Shown here: piece by piece, positions 15,205 through 23,519 of the stretch
Layout: the number at the start of each line of letters is the position of its first letter
Numbering within the stretch: position 1 is the first letter of the stretch
Origin: a virus
Taxonomy: Duplodnaviria; Heunggongvirae; Uroviricota; Caudoviricetes
DNA length: 38,934 bases
IMG/VR virus record: IMGVR_UViG_3300046500_000231
Coordinates: 74,070-113,003 of that record
Reading direction: 5' to 3' (one strand)
The notes under the pieces: model-generated
What the model was told of the DNA's origin: nothing
What the model saw: the letters and a program-made list of their open reading frames with translations, nothing else
Databases searched by the model: none
Program-made: the position numbers and the translations under genes

Positions 15205-16613
15205 TACTCGACCCTCAAAATGCTCTTGATGAACGTCATCGTCGCCATGTCCTGTTGGATGAACACGGTGAAGCCCGACTCCTGATTTCGAGACGCCGCG
15301 AAATACAGCCGCGCCTCGTTCTTGCTGCGCTCCTCGTCGGTGATGTTGATGGAGATCACCAAGTCGGCAATACGAATGCGGTTGAAGTCTTCCGCCACGT
15401 GCTCAGCTTTCGCCACCGTCGACTTGAAGCCTTCACGGTTGGTCTGCGTCGCAGACAGCATGGCGAAACCCTCGACCAGCGCGATATCGCGCATGTCCGT
15501 ATAAATCGACTTCGAGTTCTCCACCGTGTCGGGCGTGCGGATATTCGGCGACATAATGTCCAGGTAGTCGCACACCACAATGTCGAAGATCACGCCCTTC
15601 GCCTTGTAGCGGTCGATCAACGCCTGCATCTTGTTGGGCGTGAACTTGCCCGCCGGGTGGACGCTGATCTTGAGCATCCCGGCCTTCGCCCGCAGCGCCT
15701 TGATCTTGCTGTCGGTGTCGTGGATGGCCTTGCCGAGCTCCTTGATCTTGTTCTCGGCGATGGACGCGTCGAGACGCATGGAGATGATTTCTTCCTGCAG
15801 CTCCAGCGACACGTAGAGGACGTTCTTGCCGGCGAGCGACGCGTTCTTGGCGAAGTTGAGCAGCGCCGTCGACTTACCGGCCTTCGCCCCGCCCATGAAC
15901 AGCGTCAATTCGCGCCGCCCCCAGCCCTTGTGCATCAGCAGTTCGTCGAGCTTGGGCAAGCCGCTCGAAATCCCCTTCGGCGGCGTCTTGCCGCTCGCGG
16001 CGTCCAGGCGGTCTTCCGTTCGGGCCTCGATGCCGCCCCAGTAGTCGTAGTCGTCGTCATCCTCGTTCAAGCCGACGTCATACGCGTCCTTAATGGCCTT
16101 CAGGATCGGATCGAACTTCTTCTTCTCCAGAAGGCTCACCGAGGACAGGATTGCGTTGCTCACCGCCTGGTGCCGGGCGAACTCCGCAACCTTCTCAGCC
16201 ACGTAGTCACGATCGCCCACGTCGCCGTCCTTGAGCACCTTGAGCACGCGCACCACTTCGCCGGCGAAGTCTTTCTTCATCCGGCCGCTGGTGATTTCGT
16301 CTCGCAGCAGTGTCGAGATAACCGGGAACTCGGGCACGCGCTTGAACCGATCGAAATAGCGCTTGATCAGATCCACGAGCCCCGCTTCACCGGCATTCTC
16401 GAAGTAGTCGGGCTTGAGCAGGTGCGAGGTGCGGCGCATGAATTCCGTATCGCGCAGCACGAGCGTGGCGATCTTCGACTGGAATTCCTCGTCGAACTCG
16501 AACTTGGCGACTTCCTCCGACTCAGGTGCGACCTCAACGGCTGCACCGCTGAAGGCCTTGCCGACCATTTCCGCGACCGACTCCTCGACGCTCGGAATGG
16601 TGGCGTCGCTCAT
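15204..16613 (-). CDS. dnaB: DnaB-like replicative helicase
   Basis: Walker A GGAKAGKST, YVSLE, VVCDYLDIM, SATQTNR and ADLVI. Confidence 0.92.
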   Translation of the reverse strand: MSDATIPSVEESVAEMVGKAFSGAAVEVAPESEEVAKFEFDEEFQSKIATLVLRDTEFMRRTSHLLKPDYFENAGEAGLVDLIKRYFDRFKRVPEFPVISTLLRDEITSGRMKKDFAGEVVRVLKVLKDGDVGDRDYVAEKVAEFARHQAVSNAILSSVSLLEKKKFDPILKAIKDAYDVGLNEDDDDYDYWGGIEARTEDRLDAASGKTPPKGISSGLPKLDELLMHKGWGRRELTLFMGGAKAGKSTALLNFAKNASLAGKNVLYVSLELQEEIISMRLDASIAENKIKELGKAIHDTDSKIKALRAKAGMLKISVHPAGKFTPNKMQALIDRYKAKGVIFDIVVCDYLDIMSPNIRTPDTVENSKSIYTDMRDIALVEGFAMLSATQTNREGFKSTVAKAEHVAEDFNRIRIADLVISINITDEERSKNEARLYFAASRNQESGFTVFIQQDMATMTFIKSILRVE

Positions 16614-17041
16614 TGGTAGTGGCCTTCTTCTGCGCGCTCGGCGACTTCAGCGACGGGAGCCAGCTGCACACGCGGGCGCGGCAGGGGCTTGAAGCGCTGG
16701 ATCGCGTGTTTGAAAATCACGTGCGTGTCGCCCGAGACTTCCAGCGAGATCGTGTATTTGTCGTGCGCCCGAATCTTGCCGGTCAGAATTTCTTCCTCGT
16801 CGCGCATGTAGACGACGATCTGTGCGCCCGACTCGTGCAGCGCCTTCAAGAACGCTTCGTGACCGGTCGGGGCGCCCTTGACCTTCGGCCGGGCGGGACG
16901 TTGCGCGCGGGTGCCGACGTAATCCGGGCGAGCGGTCAGGCGCGGGCGGCTCGACGGGATGGAATCGTCATCGCAACGGGCCATGTTGCGGCCTTCGCGC
17001 AGTTGCTCGGCACGTGCTTGTTCGGGGGTGAGGTAGCTCAT
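16610..17041 (-). CDS. hfq: Hfq (Sm-like) homologue with an Arg/Pro-rich N-terminal extension
   Basis: FLKALHESGAQIVVYM...LTGKIRAHDKYTISL...VIFKHAI versus E. coli FLNALRRERVPVSIYL...LQGQIESFDQFVILL...MVYKHAI (recalled). ATG 17041 has a GGAG RBS. Its stop overlaps the dnaB start. Confidence 0.85.
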   Translation of the reverse strand: MSYLTPEQARAEQLREGRNMARCDDDSIPSSRPRLTARPDYVGTRAQRPARPKVKGAPTGHEAFLKALHESGAQIVVYMRDEEEILTGKIRAHDKYTISLEVSGDTHVIFKHAIQRFKPLPRPRVQLAPVAEVAERAEEGHYQ

Positions 17042-17096
17042 GAAACTCTCCAACAACGGGTATGGGGTGAAATCGAACGTCGAAACTGACACTCAC

Positions 17097-17124
17097 ATTA
17101 TAGTCAGTAATGACTATTGCTCAA
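17097..17124 (-). promoter_or_regulatory. Leftward promoter with a perfect operator in the spacer
   Basis: TTGAGC (17119-17124), 16 nt, TATAAT (17097-17102). AGTCA-GTAA-TGACT at 17102-17115. Confidence 0.75.
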
Positions 17125-17854
17125 TGCTCGCGTATGTGATGGCCTGCTCGACGACTCCCGGAGGAAACTCGCGCAGCGCGGCTTCGATGCGCAGCACCCC
17201 GTGCGTGTAGAGCGCGGCCGCAAGTGCGTAGTGGTGGTGCCGGCGCTGCTTGATCTGCGCAACGAGAAACGCTTCATAGGCGATCTGGTCGGCGTGACCG
17301 AACCAGTTTTCGGCCCGATACCGCTCGTCGTGGCAAATCTGCAGGCTATTGCGGCACTCCTCCTCCCAGGCGAGCACGAGGTCCGCGAGCATCTCCTCGT
17401 TGGTGTTCATGTGCGAGGGGCGCGGCGCGTGGTGCCAGTTGTGGGCGATCTTCCAGTTCATGGCAAAGCGCAGAAAGAAGTCGTAGCGCACGCCGAGCTG
17501 GTCGGCCGTCTGCCGGAGCTGCCAGAGCGATTTCTTCTCGCGGGCTTCCAGCACGTCGGGGCCGCCCTTGAACGGCTTCATGAAGCGGCCGCGCTCGTGA
17601 TCGAGCGTGACGATCATGAAGTTCTGATACGCCTTCTGGTAGCACTGGGCGAACAGGTAAGTCGCCTTTGTCGGGTGCATGCGCCGGTAGTCGAACCACT
17701 TAGTCGTGAGCAGTTCGGGTTCCCGTTTCAGGAGCCGCCCTTCGATGTTCGCAATCGCCTTGACCTCGCAGTGCAGGAATGACAGATCGTGGCCGTAGAA
17801 GTCCCCGAACCATTCCGCGAGCTTGGGTTCGTCGACTTGGGTAACTTGGGTCAT
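17114..17854 (-). CDS. Hypothetical phage protein upstream of the hfq/helicase block
   Basis: 246-aa ORF with good codon pattern and RBS (KWFDYRRMHPTKATYLF...). Confidence 0.8.
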   Translation of the reverse strand: MTQVTQVDEPKLAEWFGDFYGHDLSFLHCEVKAIANIEGRLLKREPELLTTKWFDYRRMHPTKATYLFAQCYQKAYQNFMIVTLDHERGRFMKPFKGGPDVLEAREKKSLWQLRQTADQLGVRYDFFLRFAMNWKIAHNWHHAPRPSHMNTNEEMLADLVLAWEEECRNSLQICHDERYRAENWFGHADQIAYEAFLVAQIKQRRHHHYALAAALYTHGVLRIEAALREFPPGVVEQAITYASIEQ

Positions 17855-18041
17855 CCTTCGCCTCTCGTATATAAAACTTAATACTTAGAATGTAGATTGA
17901 ATAACTATTAATACTTACGGGAGCGCATTGGGAGCCCAAGTGGCGGCCCCGCGTTACCCGTGTCCCATCAGAGACGAATATGGGCGGACCCGAGAACCGG
18001 ACCCGCCCTTGACCTTTCTTATCGGATCGGCCAGAGGTCGC

Positions 18042-18797
18042 TCATGCCGCCTCCCGCTCGTAGCTCTCGACGATCTCCTGAACCAGCCCCGAGCGCACCA
18101 CGTCCGCTTTCGAGAACTCGACGTGCCCAACTGCCGGAATCCAGGTCACGCGCTTCAGGGCGTCTTCCAGACCGGAGGGTCCGTGAATGTCCTTCTGGCG
18201 AATGTCACCGTTGACCACGACCTTGCAGTCCTCGCCGATGCGCGTGAGGAACATCTTCATGCCGACCGGCGTGGTGTTCTGGGCTTCGTCGAGGATGACG
18301 AACGCGTCGCGGAACGTGCGGCCGCGCATGAAAGCAAGCGGCACGGCCTCGATGTTGCCCATGCGCATGTGGTATTCGAACGCTCCGGTGCCGAGGCGCT
18401 CGATCAGCACTTCCTTGAACGGCACGAGATACGGGTCGAACTTCTCGCTCAGGTCGCCCGGCAGGAAGCCCATCTCCTCACCCGCTTCCACCGCGGGGCG
18501 CGTGATGATGATCTTTTCGACGCGCTTGTCGCGCAGGGCATCTGCTGCAAGCGCGGTCACAACCCACGTTTTGCCGGTGCCAGCGGGCCCAGTCGCAAAC
18601 GTCAGTGTCTTGCCCTTGATGGACGCGATATAGCGCTTCTGAGCGCTTGTGCGGGCTTCAATCGGCTCGAAGCACGCACGCACCACCTTGCGCTGCTCGG
18701 ATTGAGCGGCGGCGTCGTGGAGCTTGGCATGGTCCTCATGTTGCCGACGATCGGCGCGGGCTTTCTGGCGGGTCTGGTGAGGCTGCTTGCGGGGCAT
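18042..18797 (-). CDS. phoH: PhoH-family ATPase
   Basis: GPAGTGKT, ITRPAVE...GFLPGD, MRGRTF and ILDEAQN. Confidence 0.95.
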   Translation of the reverse strand: MPRKQPHQTRQKARADRRQHEDHAKLHDAAAQSEQRKVVRACFEPIEARTSAQKRYIASIKGKTLTFATGPAGTGKTWVVTALAADALRDKRVEKIIITRPAVEAGEEMGFLPGDLSEKFDPYLVPFKEVLIERLGTGAFEYHMRMGNIEAVPLAFMRGRTFRDAFVILDEAQNTTPVGMKMFLTRIGEDCKVVVNGDIRQKDIHGPSGLEDALKRVTWIPAVGHVEFSKADVVRSGLVQEIVESYEREAA

Positions 18798-18829
18798 GAG
18801 GGCGTCCTTGGGGAGTTCTAGGAAAGGCC

Positions 18830-18850
18830 ATTATATAGTCAGTTCTGACT
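18830..18850. promoter_or_regulatory. Perfect operator AGTCA-GTTC-TGACT with leftward TATAAT
   Basis: Operator at 18837-18850. Minus-strand TATAAT at 18830-18835, upstream of phoH. Confidence 0.75.
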
Positions 18851-18910
18851 GTGCCTCTATAAGCAGAGGCAAAGTCAAAACTGCTATTTGTGTCGGCTGC
18901 GGCTCCCGTT

Positions 18911-20212
18911 TCAGTGGATGAGGGGCTTGACCACCGAGTGATCGATCTCGTGGCCCTCTCGGTGATACCACTTGCCGCCCGAGACGGCGAAGTCCGTCAC
19001 CGCCACGTAGTCGAAGTTGGTTGAGCGCGTGGCCGTGTCGACATTCACCAGCACAAAGCCGTTGTGCCAGCGCTCGCCCTCGCAGTAGGAGGCGGAGCGC
19101 TTGTGGCCGCTGCCGAGCTGATGCCATTCGTAGGCGCCGTAGATGGGGCTAAAGTGGCTCCAGACCTGATGCCGGTGGTGATGACCGTTCACGCCCGGCA
19201 GGCCCATGTTGCGCGCGTGCGGGAAGTGGTGGCAGAGGACCGTATCGAAGTAGACCTTGTAGTTGTTGCCGAGCTCCTTCTCGAAGTCGCGCTTGGTGAA
19301 AGCTGCGAGGTCCGCCTTGGCGATGTAGTTGATTTCGAACTGCTCCAGCCCCAGGAGCTTAGAAACCGTCATGCCGTGCAGGTCCGAGAGCACCGAGCGC
19401 AGCGCCGGCGTGGCGTCGCTCAGGTGACGCAACAGACGCGCTTCGTGGTTGCCTTCGATGAAGTCGATCTGCGCGTTCGGACAGGCGCGGCGCAATGGTC
19501 CGAGGATCTGGTCGTGCGTGAACTTGATGCGGCCGGTGACGTCCCACTCGCGCGGATCGACGCCGTATTTGCCGAACTCTGGCAGATCGAAGATATCGCC
19601 GTTCAAGACGATCACGTCCGGCTGCACGCGCTTGGCCGTGTCTACCAGCACGCGCAGGTAAAAGAGGTCGATTTCCTTGTCGTGCAGGTCCGAGCACACG
19701 AGGATCGTCTTGAAGCGGTTTGGGTTGGTGCGCACATAGCGCTCGGCCCAATCGCGGCGGTCATCGTTAGCGCGCCGGTAGTGGTCGACCGAGACGTGCT
19801 TGGCGATCTGGCGCTCCAGCGTGTGCTGCTGGCGGGAAAGCTGCAGTGCCGCCTGGCGCTTGAATTCGAGAAAGGAGCCGAAGTGACAATTCCAGGCCGA
19901 CTCGGCGAGCGGCCCGTATTTGCGGAAGGTGTCGCGCGTAACGGGCTTTTCGGGGTTCAGCAGCGCAAACGAGCGCAGCGCGTCGATGCACTGCTCGGCG
20001 GTCGCCTCGCGAATCCGCTCGACGTTCTCCGACATGGGGAGCTCCACGCCGTTGCGGTTGATGATCTTGCCCGCGTAGTCCTTGGTGCGGCGCAGGGAAA
20101 CGGCTTTGTTCTTCACCGTCTGCACCGAGAGACCAAGCTCCCGCGCGACGTCCTGCATGGTGGGGAACTCTCGGGTGTTGTTAAACACCATCACGAATTG
20201 ATCTTGCGTCAT
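18911..20212 (-). CDS. Calcineurin-like metallophosphoesterase with N-terminal HTH and HNH-repeat-like segment
   Basis: SDLH, GDIFD, GNHE and GHHH motifs. N-terminal TMQDVARELGLSVQTVKN HTH. Confidence 0.85.
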   Translation of the reverse strand: MTQDQFVMVFNNTREFPTMQDVARELGLSVQTVKNKAVSLRRTKDYAGKIINRNGVELPMSENVERIREATAEQCIDALRSFALLNPEKPVTRDTFRKYGPLAESAWNCHFGSFLEFKRQAALQLSRQQHTLERQIAKHVSVDHYRRANDDRRDWAERYVRTNPNRFKTILVCSDLHDKEIDLFYLRVLVDTAKRVQPDVIVLNGDIFDLPEFGKYGVDPREWDVTGRIKFTHDQILGPLRRACPNAQIDFIEGNHEARLLRHLSDATPALRSVLSDLHGMTVSKLLGLEQFEINYIAKADLAAFTKRDFEKELGNNYKVYFDTVLCHHFPHARNMGLPGVNGHHHRHQVWSHFSPIYGAYEWHQLGSGHKRSASYCEGERWHNGFVLVNVDTATRSTNFDYVAVTDFAVSGGKWYHREGHEIDHSVVKPLIH

Positions 20213-20236
20213 TCGGTCTCTCGGGCAGTGGTTGGG

Positions 20237-20563
20237 TTATTGGGCTTTGGCCTGTTGGTCGAGGATCTGGAGCACCCAATCGACCAACGCATCGTGATAC
20301 GTCGCCAGCTCGTGGTAGTCGCCGACGATTTCGAGGTCGTTATCGACGAACTCCTTGACCGTCGGCACGTGATCCTCCGGCAGCAGGGGCAGCGCTTTGG
20401 ACTTCTGCAGCGCCGCTGCCGGCGGCATCAATAGCGATGCCTTTACGGGCGGCGTTGAGCAGCCGCACAGTGTCGAGATCGAAAGGCATAGGCTGATCGC
20501 CAACAGTGAGGCTTTGGACTTCAGCGACCGCGCTTGCGGCTTGGTTCGTTGTGGCGAGTGCAT
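20237..20563 (-). CDS. o-spanin (Rz1-like lipoprotein)
   Basis: Lipobox LCGC followed by a Pro-rich segment. Overlaps the i-spanin 3' end in another frame. Confidence 0.75.
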   Translation of the reverse strand: MHSPQRTKPQARSLKSKASLLAISLCLSISTLCGCSTPPVKASLLMPPAAALQKSKALPLLPEDHVPTVKEFVDNDLEIVGDYHELATYHDALVDWVLQILDQQAKAQ

Positions 20564-20843
20564 GTGAGAGCGCCTTGGTTTGTGCAGAGGGTGCCGGGGC
20601 GGCGAGCTTCTTGTCGACGGCTGCCGTAATCGTCGTGACCGCGGCTTGGCTTGCGGCCGCCGCTGCCTGGATCTGGTCGCTCGCGGCGATCGATTTGGGG
20701 ATCTCCGCGGCGGTTTGCTTCACTTCCTTCTTCACTGCTGCCACCTGCGAGGCCAGCACGAACTTGTGCTCGGTGTAGAAGCCCGCGCCAAAGGCGAGCG
20801 CCGCGACGATGGCAAGAAGGCCGATCTTGGTGAGTGGGTTCAT
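20340..20843 (-). CDS. i-spanin (Rz-like)
   Basis: N-terminal TM, Ala-rich coiled coil, downstream of the lysozyme. Confidence 0.75.
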   Translation of the reverse strand: MNPLTKIGLLAIVAALAFGAGFYTEHKFVLASQVAAVKKEVKQTAAEIPKSIAASDQIQAAAAASQAAVTTITAAVDKKLAAPAPSAQTKALSHALATTNQAASAVAEVQSLTVGDQPMPFDLDTVRLLNAARKGIAIDAAGSGAAEVQSAAPAAGGSRADGQGVRR

Positions 20844-20846
20844 GGC

Positions 20847-21095
20847 TTACTCCGGTTTGGGCGGGATGGGCGCACTCTCCTTCTTCATCGACATCCACAC
20901 GCCGATTCCGGCGAACAGTGCCGCGGCGCCTGTGCCGAACGCGGTGGCCGAGAAAGGCACCTTGTTCGCCACCGTGTCCCACGTCTGGTTGAAAATGAAG
21001 TCGGCCGCGGTGATGGCCGCGGCATACTTGGCAAGGTCCGGGGTGTGGTTGTTCACCTCGGAGAACATGCTGTGGAAGAATGTCTTGACGCTCAT
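20847..21095 (-). CDS. Putative holin
   Basis: From ATG 21095 (overlaps the lysozyme stop). 82 aa, hydrophobic segments, basic C-terminus. Confidence 0.55.
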   Translation of the reverse strand: MSVKTFFHSMFSEVNNHTPDLAKYAAAITAADFIFNQTWDTVANKVPFSATAFGTGAAALFAGIGVWMSMKKESAPIPPKPE

Positions 21096-21661
21096 GCCGT
21101 CACACCTTCGATGAGGGGTTGCGGGGTGAGAAAGAGCTTCTTTTCGGCCTGGCGCCGGCGCAGCAGACCCGCGATGTGCTTGCCGCCTGCCATGTCCCAC
21201 TTCTCGAACTCGTTGGCGGCTGCCGCGTCGTTGGTGGAATTGAGGTAGCGCAAGAGGCTCGAGCCCGCGAAGTTGCCCGCGCCGATGTTGAACACGAGAT
21301 CCACGAGCGCGTCGAATTCGTTTTGCGTGAGGCCGTTCTGTTGCTTGGAGAGAATCACCAGACGGTTGACGGTCGCTTCAGCGCCGGCAATGTCGGCGAG
21401 CAGTTGTGTGTCGGCCTGCTCCTGAGTCCACGTGAGGCCGTAACGCACTTCCGGGCCGGTATGCCCTACGCCGATCGTCCAAGGTGCGCCTGAGAGCTTG
21501 AGCAGCGCGGAGGCGATCACGCCCGTTTTGAGCGCGTTCTGCCACATTCCAAGACGCTGAAGCTCTTTGCCAAGCGGCGACGCGGGATCGGGGTAGGCGT
21601 GCAGGTAGCAGCCTTCAGCGCTCTCGGTGAGCGCGATACCGGTTTTGGAATATTTCATCAC
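21092..21661 (-). CDS. GH24 lysozyme (endolysin)
   Basis: EG..AYPDP...WTIGVGHTG, FDALVDLVFNIG and GLLRRRQAE. Confidence 0.92.
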   Translation of the reverse strand: MMKYSKTGIALTESAEGCYLHAYPDPASPLGKELQRLGMWQNALKTGVIASALLKLSGAPWTIGVGHTGPEVRYGLTWTQEQADTQLLADIAGAEATVNRLVILSKQQNGLTQNEFDALVDLVFNIGAGNFAGSSLLRYLNSTNDAAAANEFEKWDMAGGKHIAGLLRRRQAEKKLFLTPQPLIEGVTA

Positions 21662-21663
21662 GG

Positions 21664-22014
21664 TCAGTGCGCGAGCTTGGCGATGATGGCGATTGCACCG
21701 CTACCCACGAGCCCAGCCAGAAGCGTGTAGACCACCTTCAGGGTGCTGGACATGCCCTTGACCATTGCCACGTGCTCGATGTTGGTTTCGTTGAGCTTCG
21801 TGACGGCCTTGTTGGTCTCGACCAGGCGGTCTTCGACTTTTTCAACCCGCACCTGGGTCGCCTGGTGGCGCTCCTCGAGGATTGCGAGTTTGGTCAGTGC
21901 CGACGCGATTTGCGTCAAGGCGCCTTTCATTTCGCCAACGTCGTGCTGGACGGTGTTGACTTGGAGTTCCAGGACTTCAAGATCGACAGGCATGTCATCG
22001 TTCCCAATGGTCAT
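21664..22014 (-). CDS. Coiled-coil protein with C-terminal TM (XhlA-like; possible holin or lysis regulator)
   Basis: Heptad coil followed by VVYTLLAGLVGSGAIAIIAK. First gene of the lysis cassette. Confidence 0.65.
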   Translation of the reverse strand: MTIGNDDMPVDLEVLELQVNTVQHDVGEMKGALTQIASALTKLAILEERHQATQVRVEKVEDRLVETNKAVTKLNETNIEHVAMVKGMSSTLKVVYTLLAGLVGSGAIAIIAKLAH

Positions 22015-22058
22015 TTCGCTGATTTCCCTTGTCTGTCTCTTGCAAAGGCCAAGACGGC

Positions 22059-22100
22059 ATGATAAGTCAGTTCTGACTGTTTAGCCAGTCAAATCTGACT
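22059..22100. promoter_or_regulatory. Tandem perfect operators upstream of the lysis cassette
   Basis: AGTCA-GTTC-TGACT at 22065-22078 and AGTCA-AATC-TGACT at 22087-22100. Minus-strand TATCAT at 22059-22064. Confidence 0.75.
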
Positions 22101-22123
22101 ATCGTGCCGCTTGGATCTCCCGT

Positions 22124-22456
22124 TTAGACGATTTCGCCGCCTGCGAGCGCGTAGCGCGAGAGCATCAGACCCGCAATGGCCGGCTGTGCTTCGACCGTGC
22201 CTTCGGGCATCGGCTCGATGAGCGCCTTCTCGGCAAACTCGAACACGTCCTCGCCCGCTTCGGGCAGGCCCGCAATGGCAATGGAGCCTGCGAACGACAC
22301 CGGCTGCTTGCCCGCCTTGTAGGTGTCTTCCGAGACGTAGCTCTGGATCTGCACCATCGTGTTCTTCATCACGCGGTCGATCGTGGCGTGCGTGAGGTAG
22401 TGAAAGCCTGCGGTGCCGCCGGTGGTCTCGAGGGTGACGTCTTTCTTGATGCTCAT
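22124..22456 (-). CDS. Hypothetical tail-associated protein
   Basis: From ATG 22456 (MSIKKDVTLETTG...). Near-consensus operator at 22483-22496 upstream. Confidence 0.7.
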   Translation of the reverse strand: MSIKKDVTLETTGGTAGFHYLTHATIDRVMKNTMVQIQSYVSEDTYKAGKQPVSFAGSIAIAGLPEAGEDVFEFAEKALIEPMPEGTVEAQPAIAGLMLSRYALAGGEIV

Positions 22457-22500
22457 GTAGAACTCCAGTTGAGGGGTTGAATAGTCAGTTCTGAGTGTAA

Positions 22501-22980
22501 CTAGGCTGACAAGGAAACGCCAGCTTCTTGTTGCGCGGGCGCGACCGACGATTGGATGACCGCAGCGAAGGTGTTCGGGTCGTAGCGCCAGGCATCGCGG
22601 TAGCCGAGCGCGGCCGCGACGGCTTCGCTGCAGAACCACTTGTCCTTGTCGCCTTCGTAGTGACGCCAGGCGAAGCCCAGCAAGCCCAGCGTGTCATACG
22701 CTTGACCCTTATGCTGCTCGAACCAGGCAAGCGCAGCGCTTGCTTGTGCGGGCGTCACGCGGATTTCAAAGACGTCCCAGTCCGCGGGGTCGAGCACAAG
22801 TTCGGCGCGGCGCACGCCGCCATCGAGGTAGGTCGAGCTCCAGCAGACGCTCTTGCCGTCGGCTGTCTGACCCACCACGAGCTCGGCGTGGCTGTAGGGG
22901 CCATCGGTCCACCACTTCGTAGCGACCCCGAGCCAGCCTTTGACGCCGGGGTGCCGGCCTTTGAAAAATGCGACTTTCAT
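22501..22980 (-). CDS. Permuted papain-like (YiiX/YebB-type NlpC/P60) protein
   Basis: From ATG 22980. His motif YSHAELV precedes YDTLG and the Cys motif WFCSE. Confidence 0.75.
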   Translation of the reverse strand: MKVAFFKGRHPGVKGWLGVATKWWTDGPYSHAELVVGQTADGKSVCWSSTYLDGGVRRAELVLDPADWDVFEIRVTPAQASAALAWFEQHKGQAYDTLGLLGFAWRHYEGDKDKWFCSEAVAAALGYRDAWRYDPNTFAAVIQSSVAPAQQEAGVSLSA

Positions 22981-22988
22981 GGTCTCCT

Positions 22989-23519
22989 TCACTGGATCTG
23001 TGCTGCGGTTGCGTCGATCTTGGCGACGATATCGTCGTAGGCGGCTTGTGCCACTACAGCGTCGGCCGCACCGAGGATCTCGTATTTGCGCATGCGCAAG
23101 GCGCCCAGCGTCGCAAGTGCCCCGTTGAGCATTACGGACTGCGCGAGGATCAGGTCGGTGGCTTCCTGGTTGGTCTTGCCGGCGGGCACGGCGAACGCCG
23201 TCACCCATGCGCCAGGGTCGCCCACGTAGCCCGCGTCCTTGAAGGCTTGGGCGGCCGCTTCTCGTTCGAGATACTCCTGAGAGAAGCGCATCCAGTTCGA
23301 GTAGATATCGGCCACCTTCGAGTCGATCGCATCGGCGAGCCGAGCCTTGCACGCGGCAAGCGTCTCGGCCGGGGTGATGGCGTTTTCGGGAATGCCGCCC
23401 GCCACGAGCCATTCGAAGAAGGCTGCGTATTCGGGGGTGTTAGCCTTCAGAGCGGTTACGGTGCCATCTTCGGCAACTTGCTCCGCTCCTGCGTTGGTCA
23501 TGCGATAAGTAGTGGTCAT
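22989..23519 (-). CDS. Putative tail fibre assembly/chaperone protein
   Basis: TGATG overlap with the tail fibre stop; helical content typical of fibre-associated proteins. Confidence 0.6.
   Translation of the reverse strand: MTTTYRMTNAGAEQVAEDGTVTALKANTPEYAAFFEWLVAGGIPENAITPAETLAACKARLADAIDSKVADIYSNWMRFSQEYLEREAAAQAFKDAGYVGDPGAWVTAFAVPAGKTNQEATDLILAQSVMLNGALATLGALRMRKYEILGAADAVVAQAAYDDIVAKIDATAAQIQ

Noticed and set aside
13234-16613. Inteins or introns in primase/helicase
   Set aside because: Both ORFs are continuous and of ordinary length, with no splicing motifs; the HNH gene is free-standing.
10408-20434. Plus-strand ORFs opposite ligase, helicase, PhoH and phosphoesterase (10408..11367, 15255..16619, 17928..18821, 19064..20434)
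   Set aside because: Same shadow-ORF effect; they fully overlap well-supported minus-strand genes.
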